Counted from the first letter of the stretch, positions 1-18,846 are shown. The stretch is DNA of 64,000 nucleotides from an uncultured delta proteobacterium (GCA_963766715.1 CAVYBH010000010.1:32001-96000), one strand, 5' to 3'. The notes: generated by a model from the sequence alone, not told the origin. Translations and numbers: made by a program.

Positions 1-53
1 GCCAGGCCGGCCAGGTAGAGCTTCCAGAACAGCCGGGGCTGGCGAAGGCTCAA
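1..53 (-). CDS. N-terminus of a probable sensor histidine kinase (truncated by window edge)
   Basis: TTG start overlaps the response-regulator stop. It reads MSLRQPRLFWKLYLAGL, a typical start of a membrane HK downstream of an OmpR gene. Confidence 0.5.
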   Translation of the reverse strand, partial: MSLRQPRLFWKLYLAGL

Positions 54-766
54 TCGGTCTCCGTGGCCAGCATGTAGCCGGCGCCGCGGACGGTCTTCAG
101 CATCCTCGGGCTCTTGGGGTCGTCGCCCAGCTTGTGCCGCAGGCGGGACACGTGCACGTCCACCGAGCGATCGAAGGCCTCCTCGGGGTTCCCGCCGGCC
201 AGGTCGATGAGCTGCTCCCGGGAGAGGACGCGCCCGGGGCGGGAGGCGAGCGCGTAGAGGAGCGAGAACTCGTACCCGGTGAGCGCGATCTCCCGGTCGG
301 CCACGGTGACGCGCCGCGCCCCGGGGTCGAGGGACAGGTCTCCCACCCGGACGGGCTTCACGGTGGGTCCCACCTGGCCGCGGGCGCGCCGGACCACGGC
401 CCGGATGCGCGCCAGGAGCTCGCGGGGCGAGAAGGGCTTCGAGACGTAGTCGTCGGCCCCGAGCTCGAGCCCCATCACCCGGTCGGCCTCCTCGCCGCGG
501 GCGGTCAGGACGACGATGGGCACGTCGGAGCGGTTGCGGAGCTCCCGGCACACGTCGAGCCCGCCCTTGCCCGGCAGCATGAGGTCGAGGAGCACCACGT
601 CGTAGCGGTGGCGGAGCGCTTCCTCGAGCCCCCCGACGCCGTCGGCGGCGCGCGTCACCACCACGCCGTGGCCGCCGAGGTAGTCGGCGGTCAGGGCGGC
701 GAGCCGGGCGTCGTCCTCGACGAGGAGCGCGGTCAGGACGGGGTCGGTCGACACGGGGCGAATCAT
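50..766 (-). CDS. OmpR/PhoB-family two-component response regulator
   Basis: C-terminal part of ORF 50..2368: LLVEDD, VLLDLMLP, GADDYVSKPF, winged-helix DRSVDVHVSRLR..TVRGAGY. ATG at 766. Confidence 0.93.
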   Translation of the reverse strand: MIRPVSTDPVLTALLVEDDARLAALTADYLGGHGVVVTRAADGVGGLEEALRHRYDVVLLDLMLPGKGGLDVCRELRNRSDVPIVVLTARGEEADRVMGLELGADDYVSKPFSPRELLARIRAVVRRARGQVGPTVKPVRVGDLSLDPGARRVTVADREIALTGYEFSLLYALASRPGRVLSREQLIDLAGGNPEEAFDRSVDVHVSRLRHKLGDDPKSPRMLKTVRGAGYMLATETD

Positions 767-820
767 AGTCACGGTGCCCCTTGCCTCCGCACGGATCCTG
801 GGTGAAGAAGTGTGAACCCC

Positions 821-2822
<2,002 letters not shown>

Positions 2823-2833
2823 TAAGCTCGGGC

Positions 2834-4550
2834 ATGAGCTTCGAAGGCCTCGACGTCCATCCCGCCCTCCGCCGCGCGCTCGATGCGCGCGGCTACGCCG
2901 AGCCCACGCCGGTCCAGCTCGAGGTCCTCGGCCCTCGGCCTGCGCGGGCGGGACCTGCTCGTCTCGTCGCGCACCGGGTCGGGCAAGACCGTGGCCTTCG
3001 GGATGGCGCTCGCCGACACCCTGCTCGGCGAGCCCCGGCGTTCGAGGAGGCCGGCAAGCCGCTCGCGCTCGTCATCGCGCCGACCCGGGAGCTCGCCGTG
3101 CAGGTCCAGCGCGAGCTCTCCTGGCTGCTCGCCGAGGCGGGCGGGCGCGTCCTCTCCACGGTCGGGGGCATGGACGCGCGGCGCGAGTCCCGCGCGCTCG
3201 CCGCCGGCGCACACGTCGTGGTGGGCACGCCGGGACGCATCCGGGACCACATCGACCGCAAGAACCTCGACCTCTCCCAGCTGAAGGCGCTCGTCCTCGA
3301 CGAGGCGGACGAGATGCTCGACATGGGGTTCCGCGAGGAGCTGGAGGCCATCCTGGGCGCCGCCCCGGGCGACCGGCGCACGGTGCTCTTCTCGGCCACC
3401 CTGCCCCGCCCCATCCTCGAGCTGGCGAAGCGCTACACCCGCGACGCGGCGCGCGTCGCCGCCACGCCGCCCGGGCGAGGCCCACGCCGACATCACGCTG
3501 CAGGCGCACGTGGTCTCCCACCGCGAGCGGGAGCACGCGCTCGTGAACGTGCTCCGCGCCCAGGACCCGCGCCGGGCGCTGGTGTTCTGCGCCACCCGCG
3601 AGGGGGCGCACCACATGGCCTCCAGCCTCGCCGAGCGCGGCTTCGAGGCGGTGGGCATCTCCGGCGAGCTGACCCAGGCCGAGCGGACGCGGGCGCTGAA
3701 GTCGCTGCGCGACGGGCGCGCCCGCATCCTCGTCGCCACCGACGTGGCGGCCCGCGGCCTCGACCTCCCCGGCATCGAGCTGGTGGTCCACGCCGACCTC
3801 CCGCGCGACGCCCAGGCGCTGCAGCACCGCAGCGGCCGGACCGGCCGGGCCGGCAAGAAGGGGCGCGCCGTCTTCCTGGCCTCGCCGCAGGAGCGCTTCG
3901 GCCTCCAGCGCATGCTGGGGGCCGCGGGGGCGAAGGCCGAGTGGCTTCCGGTCCCCTCCGCCGAGGAGATCCGCGCCCGGGACGAGGAGCGGATCGCCAC
4001 CGACGTGGCCGCCCTGGCGGGCGAGGCCTCCGAGGAGGAGCTCGCGGCCGCCCGCCGGCTGCTCGAGTCGCGCGCGCCGCTGCTCGTGGCCGCCGCGCTG
4101 GTGCGGCGCGAGCGCGCGCGGCTGCCCTCGGCCGAGGAGCTGCCCGAGACCCTGCGCGTGGCGCACGAGGCGCCCCGCCCGGCCAGCCCGGCTCGCGCCC
4201 GAGCAGCTCGGCGCCGGACGACGTGGTGTGGTTCCGCATCGGCATCGGCCGGGAGCGCAACGCCGATCCGAAGTGGCTGCTCCCGCTGCTCTGCCGCCGC
4301 GGCGGCGTGACCCGGGCCGGAGATCGGCAAGATCCTCATCTCCCCCCGCGAGACCCGCTTCCAGGTGGCGGCCCACGTGGCGGAGGAGTTCGAGGCCCGG
4401 GCGCGAAAGCCCGACCCCAAGATGCCCGGCGTCCGCATCGACCTCTTCCGGGGAGAGAGCGCCGCCCCGCTCGACGAGGCCGGGGCCGCCCCGAAGCGCC
4501 CCGCCCCCGGCAACCCGAAGGCGAAGGCCGCCCGCCGCCCCCGCACATGA
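2834..4550 (+). CDS. DEAD-box RNA helicase with C-terminal DbpA-type RNA-binding domain, frameshifted
   Basis: TGSGKT, PTRELA, TPGR, DEADEMLDMGF, SAT, ARGLD, HRSGRTGRAG, then WFRIGIGR..DPKWLLPLLCRRG. Spread over several frames. Confidence 0.9.
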
Positions 4551-5763
4551 GCCGCTGGCTCGTCGCCGTGGGCGGTGTGGCGCTCATGGCCTGCCTGGGC
4601 ACGGTCTACGCGTGGAGCGTCTACACCCAGCCGCTCCAGGCGGCCTTCGGCTGGACGAGCACCCAGGCCACCGCCCCGTTCTCGATCGCCATCTTCTTCC
4701 TGGGCGTGGGCGCCGTCATGGGCGGCCGCTGGCAGGACCGCGCCGGGCCGCGGCCGGTGGCGCTCACCGGCGCGCTGCTCTGGGGCGCGGGCAACCTGCT
4801 CGCCGGCCTGGGCACCGCCCGGTTCGGGGCGCCCTGGCTGTACGCCACCTACGGGGTCATGGGCGGGCTGGGGCTGGGGCTCGGCTACGTCACGCCGGTG
4901 GCGGCGGTGACCAAGTGGTTCCCCGACCGGCGCGGCCTGGGCAGCGGGCTCGTGGTGGGGGGGTTCGGCCTGGGCGCCTTCCTGTACGCCCACCTGCTCC
5001 GGTCGCTCCCGGCCTTCGCGGGAGGCGCCGCCTCGCGCGACGGCGCGGTGCTGGCGGCCTTCACCGCCTCCGGGGTCGCCTTCGCGATCCTGGGCGGAGC
5101 CGGCGCGCTCCTGGTGCGCAACCCTCCCGCCGCCTCCCCGTCGAGCGCCGCGGCGCCCGCCGGCGCGGACTTCACGCCGGGGCGCATGGTCCGCACGCCG
5201 CAGTTCTGGGCGGCCTTCGCGATGCTCTTCCTCAACGTGACGGCGGGGATCCTCTTCATCTCCAACGCGGTCCCCATCATGCGGGAGCTCACCGGCGCGC
5301 TCCCGGCCACGGCCGCCGGCCGTCTACGGGACCATCGCGCTCGCGAACGCGCTGGGGCGCTTTCTCTGGGGCGCCGTGTCCGACCGGTTCGGGCGCCGCG
5401 CCGCCTTCGCCTCCATCTACCTGCTCCAGATCGCGGTCTTCCTGGTCGGTGGGGCGCTTCCACTCCCTCTGGGTGGTGGCCCTGCTCTTCGCGCTGGTGC
5501 TGCTCTGCTACGGCGGCGGCTTCGGGGTGATGCCGTCGCTCGTCGCCGACTGGTTCGGGACGCGCCACCTGGGCGTGAACTACGGATGGGTGCTGCTCGC
5601 CTGGAGCGCCGCGGGGCTGGCCGGCCCGGGCTTCGTGGCGGCGGTGAAGGATCGGACGGGGTCCTACGCCGGCGCGCTGCCGGCGACGGCGGCGCTGCTG
5701 CTCGTGGCGACGCTCCTGCCGCTCCTCGTCCGGGCGCCGGCCGGATCCCGCACCGCGGGCTGA
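4547..5763 (+). CDS. MFS transporter, oxalate/formate antiporter (OFA) family, frameshifted
   Basis: CLGTVYAWSV, GGRWQDRAGPR, KWFPDRRGL, SDRFGRR, YGGGFG, FGTRHLGVNYG. ATGA overlap with the helicase stop. Confidence 0.85.
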
Positions 5764-5792
5764 GCCCGGCCCGGCCCGGCGGTCGCCCGCGT

Positions 5793-5990
5793 TCAGGCCC
5801 GGCCGCCGCCGAGGATCCGCGCCGGGAGCATCACGACCGCGCGCAGGAGCGCGAAGACCCCGTCCACCGCGATCCCCAGCAGGCGGAAGGGAATCGACAG
5901 GACCCACACGATCGGCCAGAGGACGAGCGCGAGGAGCGCGAGCGGCCAGCACACGACGAGCAGGAGCAGGAAGAGCAGGAACCGGACCAT
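5793..5990 (-). CDS. small hydrophobic membrane protein (65 aa)
   Basis: MVRFLLFLLLLVVCWPLALLALVLWPIVW..., preceded by an AGGAGAG RBS. Confidence 0.7.
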   Translation of the reverse strand: MVRFLLFLLLLVVCWPLALLALVLWPIVWVLSIPFRLLGIAVDGVFALLRAVVMLPARILGGGRA

Positions 5991-6043
5991 GGTCTCTCCT
6001 CTACGGCCGCCCGGGGGCGGTATTTCGTCCCGCCGGGGACGGC

Positions 6044-7536
<1,493 letters not shown>

Positions 7537-7555
7537 TTCTTCTTGCCTCTCCGTC

Positions 7556-12164
<4,609 letters not shown>

Positions 12165-12295
12165 CGTCCTTGTCGTCCTTCCACCGCGGGAAAACCACAT
12201 CCACCCGGCAGGGGCCCGCGCCCACACCGGTGACCTCGCCGGTCACGGGAAACCCCCGAGGCGAGGCCCTTCGTCCCTTGCTGGGGAACCGCGAA

Positions 12296-12324
12296 GTTTC
12301 TCAAAACGCGACGCAGCGGGTCAA
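12296..12324 (-). promoter_or_regulatory. candidate sigma70-type promoter for gltBD
   Basis: On the minus strand, TTGACC then 17-18 nt then AGAAACT, about 130 nt upstream of the gltB ATG. Confidence 0.3.
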
Positions 12325-12633
12325 GCGGAGAGGCGCCCCTCCGTATGCGTCCGTTCGGGGGACTCTGCAGTCTACCCCGGGTCCCCCCCGATCCACGGCC
12401 CTGAACCCACCCCCATCTCGCCTGGGCGCCTCGCGGCGGGCCTGCGTTCGCCGACAGGTGGGAGCGGGCGGCACAGGCGTATCCGCTGTGCGTCGATGAA
12501 GTCAAAAAACCCTGCCTCTTCATGGTGTTACGCATTGACGCGAGGACGACGTACCTTGACCGTGGGAGGTTCGTCAGGCGGGAGGGGACCCGATCGACGA
12601 ACTCATAAAAAATCGATTGGAGGTCTTCGGACC

Positions 12634-13888
12634 ATGACGCCTCGCACCGCCTTCGTGTCACTCGTCGCCGCCCTCCTCGCTACCGCTTGTGGGGGGTCTT
12701 CCACTGAAAGTGGAGTCGAGAATCCGCCCGCCGCCCAGGCCGTCGTCGTCGTGACGGCGCCGTCCGAGCTCGATATCGCCCCGGGCGAGGCCGTCAAGCT
12801 GACCGCCCGCGTGACCGGCACGGCGGACTCCTCGGTGACCTGGTCGGTGGCCGAGGTCGACGGGGGAAGCGTGGACGCCACCGGGCTCTACACGGCGCCG
12901 GCGGTCGAGGGCACCTTCCACGTCCGCGCGGAGAGCTCCACCGCCGCGAAGAGCAACGGCACGAGCGTCGTTCGCGTGAAGAAGGGCGCGGCGCCCCAGC
13001 CGGTCGCGGTCGCGGTGGCCCCGCCGACGGTCACCCTGGCCCCCGGCGGCGTGACCACCTTCGCCGCGACGGTCACCGGCTCCACGGTCGGCTCGGTCAC
13101 CTGGAGGATCCAGGAGGCCTCGGGCTGCGGGTCCGTCTCCACCGCGGGCCTCTACACCGCCCCGGGCGCGGCGAGCACCTGCCACGTGGTCGCCACCAGC
13201 ACGGCCGACGCGACCAAGAGCGCTTCCGCCACGGTCACCGTCACGGCCGCCCCGGTCGTCCCGGTCATCTCGATCGCCGTGGCGCCGGCCACCGCCACCG
13301 CCACCACGGGCGGAACGGTCAACTTCAGCGCCACCGTCTCCGGCACGACGGCTGGCCAGTCCACCTCGGCGACCTGGTCGGTTCCCGCCGGCGCAGGGCA
13401 CCGTCAGCGCCTCCGGCGTCTACGTGGCCCCCGCCACGGCCGGCACCTACGTCGTGACCGCCGCGAGCGTCGCCGATCCCACCAAGACCGCCACCGCCAC
13501 CGTCGTGGTGAGCGCGCCGGCCCCGGTCGTGGCCATCTCGATCTCGCCTTCCTCCATCACGCTCGACGCGTGCAAGGGGCAGGTCTTCACCGCCTCCGTG
13601 ACCAACAGCGCCAACACCGCGGTGACCTGGACGGTGACCGAGGGCAGCGCGGGCGGGTCGGTGGCCGGAGCGGGCATCTACACCGCGCCCCAGGCCGCCG
13701 GCACCTATCACGTCGTCGCAACCAGCGTGGCCGACCCGACGAAGACGGCCCAGGGGACCATCACCGTCGGGCCGGAGAAGGTGGTGTCGATCGCGGTGAC
13801 CCCGACCACCAGCTCGGTCACGACGAGCCGGACCCAGGCGTTCGCCGCGACCGTGACCACCAGCTGCGGGACGTTCCCGGCGCAGTAG
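12634..13888 (+). CDS. lipoprotein with tandem bacterial Ig-like (Big_2-like) repeats (frameshift near 13395)
   Basis: Lipobox LATAC-GG. Four repeats of V.P....L..G....F.A.V.G....VTW.....GSV...G.YTAP...GT.HV.A.S, plus a partial fifth. Confidence 0.85.
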
Positions 13889-13944
13889 CAGCGCAGGAGC
13901 AGGGCAGCACGGGACGGAAGCCGGAACGCGAGGTCGTCGGCCGC

Positions 13945-14460
13945 TCAGAGCATGAGCGCGCCGACGACCCTGTCTCGTCCGACGAGCTCGAGGGTCCGCT
14001 CGGCGACGCGCATGCGGGACTCGCCGCGCTGGACGCAGAGCACCACCGCGTCGGCGACCTCGGTGACGGCCAGCCCGAGCGGCTCCGTCACCACGGGAGG
14101 GATGGCGATGATGAGCCGCCCGTCCCCCTGCCTCTCCTCGGGGCGCTCGACGTCCCGCCGCCCGCCCACCGCCTGGACAATCTTGCCGGCGGCCGCGTAG
14201 TCCATGGGCCCCGAGAGGAGGAGGAAGGTCACCGGGCCGGACCGGAGGCGGCGTCCGACGTCGGCGAGCGCCGCGGCGACCTCGACGGCCGAGGCGCCCT
14301 CGTCGCTGGGAACCAGCACCAGGCTCCGCCACTGCATGCGCGAGAGCGTGAACCAGAGCCCCTCGATGTCGAGGTCGCGCCGGCTTCGCGGCCGGTCCAG
14401 GGACGCGCTCCCTCGCTTGACGATCGCTCCCGTGGTCTTTCGCTTGCCGGCGTCTTCCAA
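13945..14460 (-). CDS. BY-kinase (CpsD/Wze)-like protein lacking the Walker A lysine; putative pseudokinase
   Basis: SLVLVPSDEGASAVEVAAALA where the P-loop is expected, LIIAIPPV in place of IIIDTPPV, ADAVVLCVQRGES and RVVGALML. Confidence 0.65.
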   Translation of the reverse strand: MEDAGKRKTTGAIVKRGSASLDRPRSRRDLDIEGLWFTLSRMQWRSLVLVPSDEGASAVEVAAALADVGRRLRSGPVTFLLLSGPMDYAAAGKIVQAVGGRRDVERPEERQGDGRLIIAIPPVVTEPLGLAVTEVADAVVLCVQRGESRMRVAERTLELVGRDRVVGALML

Positions 14461-14537
14461 TCGTTCCTCCGGGGGGCATCATATACGGAAGTCGCCTTGC
14501 ATCGGCCCGGGACGAACGGCGAACATCCATCCGGGCC

Positions 14538-15002
14538 ATGTCGACGTCGCGCGCCACTTCACCATCCGGGACCGCCCCGGGCCGCACGAGCGACCTCGAG
14601 CGACTGTGGCGCGCGCTCCTGCTCACCGGCTGGCGGTGCCTGGTCGTCATCCCCGCCAACCCCGCCACGTCGTCGGAGTCGGTGGTCGGCGCGCTCCGGT
14701 CGATCATCCCGTCCGGGGGCCTTCCCGACCTGGAGGTCATCGACGGGCGCGGCGCCTCGATGGGAGACGGAGACCGCCTCGCCGGGCAGGTCACCGAGCG
14801 CAACGCCTCGGGACGCCGGGTGATCGCCTTCATCGACCCCATCACCCAGAGCCTGGCCGGCGTGCCGCTGGTCCGGGCCGCCGACGCCGTCCTCCTCGTC
14901 GTCCAGGTCGAGTCCCCGGACGTCGAGTCGCTCTCGAGCACGCTGTCGATCGTGGGGATCGACCGCGTGGTGGGCTCGGTGGCGGTCCCGGCGACAAGTT
15001 GA
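14538..15002 (+). CDS. second BY-kinase-like putative pseudokinase (paralog of the divergent gene)
   Basis: DLERLWRALLLTGWRCLVVIP, VIAFIDPI, AADAVLLVVQ, IVGIDRVVGSV align by eye with the neighbour. No GKS/T. Confidence 0.65.
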   Translation: MSTSRATSPSGTAPGRTSDLERLWRALLLTGWRCLVVIPANPATSSESVVGALRSIIPSGGLPDLEVIDGRGASMGDGDRLAGQVTERNASGRRVIAFIDPITQSLAGVPLVRAADAVLLVVQVESPDVESLSSTLSIVGIDRVVGSVAVPATS

Positions 15003-15101
15003 CGCAGTCGTGAAGGCCCCGCATTGTAGGTAGCCGCTTACCCGCACCCGATTCCGGGTGCCGGGAGACCGGGGCAACCTCGAGAGAAGGAGCGCGGAAC
15101 G

Positions 15102-15716
15102 ATGGCGTCCACCACCGGCCGGAGCAACGTGGCCCTTGCGCTGGCGTGCCTGGCGCTCGCGGGATGCAAGACTCCCGCACCCTACGTGTGGGTCGATGCC
15201 CTCCCCGCCCAGGTCGAGCCCGCGGAGAAGGAGTACGTCATCCAGGCGGGCGACCAGCTGGCGGTCCGCGTCTGGGGACAGGACTCCATGTCGGCGCGGG
15301 CACGGGTCCGCCCCGACGGCCGGATCTCGCTGCCCTTCCTCGACGACGTCGAGGCCGCCGGCCTCACGCCGAGCGCGCTCGGCAAGCGGATCCAGGCTCG
15401 CCTGAAGGAATTCGTGGTGAACCCCGTCGTGACGGTCTCCCTCGAGGACCTGCGCCCGGTCGCGGTGAGCGTCATCGGCGAGGTGACCCGGCCCGGCCAG
15501 TATCCGCTCGAGCAGGGAGCCGGCGTCCTCCCGGCGCTCGCCGCCGCCGGCGGGATGACGCCCTTCGCCGACAAGGACGGGATCTACGTCATCCGCAAGC
15601 GCAAGGGGAAGGGCGATCCGGAGCGCATCCGGTTCACCTACCAGGCGCTCACGGGAGCCCAGGGCCCGGCGGCCACCTTTCGCCTGCAGGGCGGCGACGT
15701 CGTCGTCGTCGAGTGA
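15102..15716 (+). CDS. short OPX (Wza-like) polysaccharide export lipoprotein without the C-terminal OM helix
   Basis: Lipobox LAGC, YVIQAGDQL, VRPDGRISLPFL (Poly_export), VSVIGEV..PG (SLBB). Ends at LQGGDVVVVE, 204 aa. Confidence 0.9.
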   Translation: MASTTGRSNVALALACLALAGCKTPAPYVWVDALPAQVEPAEKEYVIQAGDQLAVRVWGQDSMSARARVRPDGRISLPFLDDVEAAGLTPSALGKRIQARLKEFVVNPVVTVSLEDLRPVAVSVIGEVTRPGQYPLEQGAGVLPALAAAGGMTPFADKDGIYVIRKRKGKGDPERIRFTYQALTGAQGPAATFRLQGGDVVVVE

Positions 15717-15719
15717 GCC

Positions 15720-17083
15720 TTGGCCGCGACCCTGACGTCGGCGCTGCTGGCGCTCGCCCTCGCGCAGGGCACGGCCACGCCGCCACGGGCCACGGACGGG
15801 AGCACGCCTTCCGGCGTGGAGGCCGCCGACGTCGTCGCGACGCCCGCGCCCCCCTCGGCCAGCGAGGAGGACCGGGTCCCGGAGGGCGTTCCCTTCATCC
15901 CGTCGATGGGCGGGCCCGAGCGGAGCGCGGACGGCCTCTTCCTGGACCTCGCGCTCCTCTCCCTGCTCCGGGCCCAGACCCTCGACATCACCGCGGGGAC
16001 CGCGTCGTGGGGCACCGACGTCGAGGTGACGCCCGGCGTCGCGCTGGAGCTCCGCTCCTCCCGGTTCAACCTCTCGGTGGGCTACGCGCCCCGCCTGACG
16101 GTGCCGTTCAACACCGGAGAGTTCCAGCTGGCGGTGCTCAACCGGGCCACGTTCCAGGCCGTCTGGCAGGCCGATCCGAACTGGAAGCTCACCGCACTCG
16201 GCCTCTTCGTCGTGGGCGACTACTCCCAGCTCCTCCCGGCCTCCACCCCGGGCGGCGCCGGCCCGCCGCCGCCGGTGCTGAACCCGGTTCGCTCCTTCCA
16301 GACCTACCCGTACGTCGGCATCGACACGATGCTCCGGGTCGACGGGACCCTCTCCCCGCGGACCCGCCTGCGGCTGGGCGGCGGCTACTTCGACGTGGGC
16401 GGGGTCGGAGCGGTCGGCCTGGCGAACCAGCCCCGCACGTGGGGCCCGCAGGCGGACGCCGAGTTCGCCTGGGACGCCTCGCGCACCGCCACGCTCTCGA
16501 CCGTCGTGAAGGCGCAGGACTGGATGATGCCCGGCGGCCCGGCGTGACGGGCACCTTCGACACCATCCTCGCCACCGTCACCGAGGCCTGGAAGCAGGCC
16601 TGGACGACCGAGCTCGAGACGACGCTGGCCGTGGGCGCCGGGCTTCTCCAACCGCGACGTGGAGAGCCAGACCGCCGCGGGGCACGTGGTCCCGGTGGCC
16701 ACGCTTCGCCTCGAGTACCGCGAGCGGGTCCGCCACCCGCTGCACTTCGGCGCTGGAGGCGGCGCTCGCGCCCTACTTCGATCCCTACCAGCGCATCGCC
16801 TACCAGCGCTTCACCTTCGGTGGAACGATCGACTGGCGCCCCAGCGACGCCTGGCAGCTCGGCGGGTACCTGTCGGCGGCGCTGGCCCCGTACACGGTCC
16901 GCGCGCCGGAGTCCTACGGCACGGCCGGCGCTGTCCGCGAACTTCGCGCCGCTCCCGTTCCTGATCCTCACGGCGGGCACCTTCACCCAGGCCCAGTTCC
17001 AGGGCGCGAGCGGCGACAGCAGCTCCTTCCGCCAGTGGACCGCCTACTTCTCGGTCGCGCTCCACGACCGGATCGCCTTCTGA
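15720..17083 (+). CDS. putative outer-membrane beta-barrel partner of the OPX (EpsX/Wzp-like), frameshifted
   Basis: Signal peptide, alternating beta-strand pattern (LSVGYAPRL, LRLGGGYF, EFAWDAS), C-terminal FSVALHDRIAF. Directly follows the short OPX. Confidence 0.65.
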
Positions 17084-17351
17084 GTTTCCGCCCCTTTAGG
17101 GGCAGGAAACGCTCCCCATACCCACATGTAGACCGGCTCATTTGGGTCGTAGAAAGCGTATTTTCTGTGACAAAATGTCCACTGATTGTGGTCATTTGGC
17201 TGATTGCCGGGCTTAATCCTCTACAGTTACGTCCACTTATCCGATACCACCCCCCTTGTACCTACCACCGCGTACACCTGTCACGGGACATTCATCTGCC
17301 GTCCGATTCGATTAGCTACGGCTGTCGAAAGGGTTGGGGGGCAGACGCATC

Positions 17352-18759
17352 ATGAAAAACCGTGTCGTCGAAGGTTCCGTTCGTCTTCTGGACATCCTGT
17401 GCGTGGTCGCCGCCGTGCCGGCGGCCTACCAGTTGCGCGACCTGTTGCCGGTCGCGAACCGGGGACCGCTGGTCCCGCTCTCGGACTACTGGCCGTTCCT
17501 GGCTTTCACCCTCTTGCTCTGGGTCGCCGCGACCTGGTTCTTCCGGGTCTACGAGAGCTTCCGCACCCGCTCGGTCTGGCCGGAGATCGCCCGCATCGCC
17601 AAGGCGCTGGTGGCCGTCGCGCTGCTGCACATGGCGGCCATCTTCTTCCTGCGGATGCAGGAAGAGGTCTCCCGCCTCTACTTCGGCACCTACTTCGGCC
17701 TCGCCTTCGTCCTCCTCGTCGCCAACCGGCTGGTGCTCCGCAGCGTGGCCTACTCGGCTCGCCGCGGCGGCCTCAACACCCGCGTGTTCGCGGTCGTCGG
17801 ATCGGGCGACCTCGCCCACGACGTGGTGGCCACGGTCGCCGATCACCCGGAGTGGGGACTCCAGTTCGCGGGCCACATCCTCGAGGACGGCTCGGCCGCG
17901 ACCGCGCCTCGCGAGCTGGTCCTCGGGTCGGTCTCGCAGCTCGGCCAGATCCTCGACGACAACGTCATCGACGAGGTGATCTTCGCGGTGCCGCGGGAGC
18001 GGCTCGCCTCCGTCGAGGGCGCGTTCCGCCTGTGCCAGGAGCAGGGCGCCGGCGCCCGGGTCTGCCTCGACCTCTTCGAGGTGAGCGGCGCGCGCGTCGC
18101 GCTCGGCGAGCTCGACGGCCTGCCCATGCTCTCGTTCTCCCGCGCCCCCACCGACGAGGTGGCGCTCCTCTTCAAGCGCGCCTTCGACGTGCGTCACCAG
18201 CGCGGCGGCCCTGCTCGCCTTCTCGCCGGTGCTGCTCGTCACGGCGCTCGCCGTCAAGCTCGAGTCGCCCGGGCCGGTGTTCTTCCGCCAGGTCCGGGTG
18301 GGCAAGAACGGACGCCCGTTCCGGATGTACAAGTTCCGGAGCATGCACGTCGACGCCGAGGCCCGCCTCGAGTCGCTGCGCGCCCAGAACGAGGCGACCG
18401 GCCCGGTGTTCAAGATGCGGAACGACCCGCGGGTCACCAGCGTGGGCCGCTTCATCCGCCGCACCTCCATCGACGAGCTGCCCCAGTTCCTGAACGTCCT
18501 GTTCGGCGAGATGAGCGTCGTCGGGCCGAGGCCCCCGGTTCCTGCCGAGGTCCGCCAGTACCAGCGCTGGCAGCGCCGTCGCCTGAGCGTGAAGCCGGGC
18601 ATCACCTGCACGTGGCAGGTGAGCGGCCGCTCCAACATCTCCTTCGACCAGTGGATGGCGCTCGACCTCGAGTACATCGACACCTGGTCGCTCTGGCAGG
18701 ACATCCGGATCTGCTTCCGCACCGTCCCCGCCGTGCTGCTGTCTCGCGGCGCGCACTGA
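17352..18759 (+). CDS. polyprenyl-phosphate hexose-1-phosphate transferase (priming GT, WcaJ/EpsZ-like; frameshift near 18190)
   Basis: N-terminal TM helices, KRAFD, FRMYKFRSM, DPRVT..GRFIRRTSIDELPQ, GEMSVVGPRP, KPGIT..WQV.GR. Confidence 0.93.
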
Positions 18760-18846
18760 CGGTCAGGGGACCCGGGCCGGACCGGTGTCCGACCCGGGTG
18801 ATACGAGAAAGGCCTCCCCTGCGGATGCAGGAGGAGGCCTTTCCCT

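Noticed and set aside
14486..14501. sigma54 promoter CGGAAGTCGCCTTGCA upstream of the second pseudokinase
   Set aside because: GG-N10-GC spacing and TTGCA are right, but the -24 element matches TGGCAC poorly, so the evidence is too weak.
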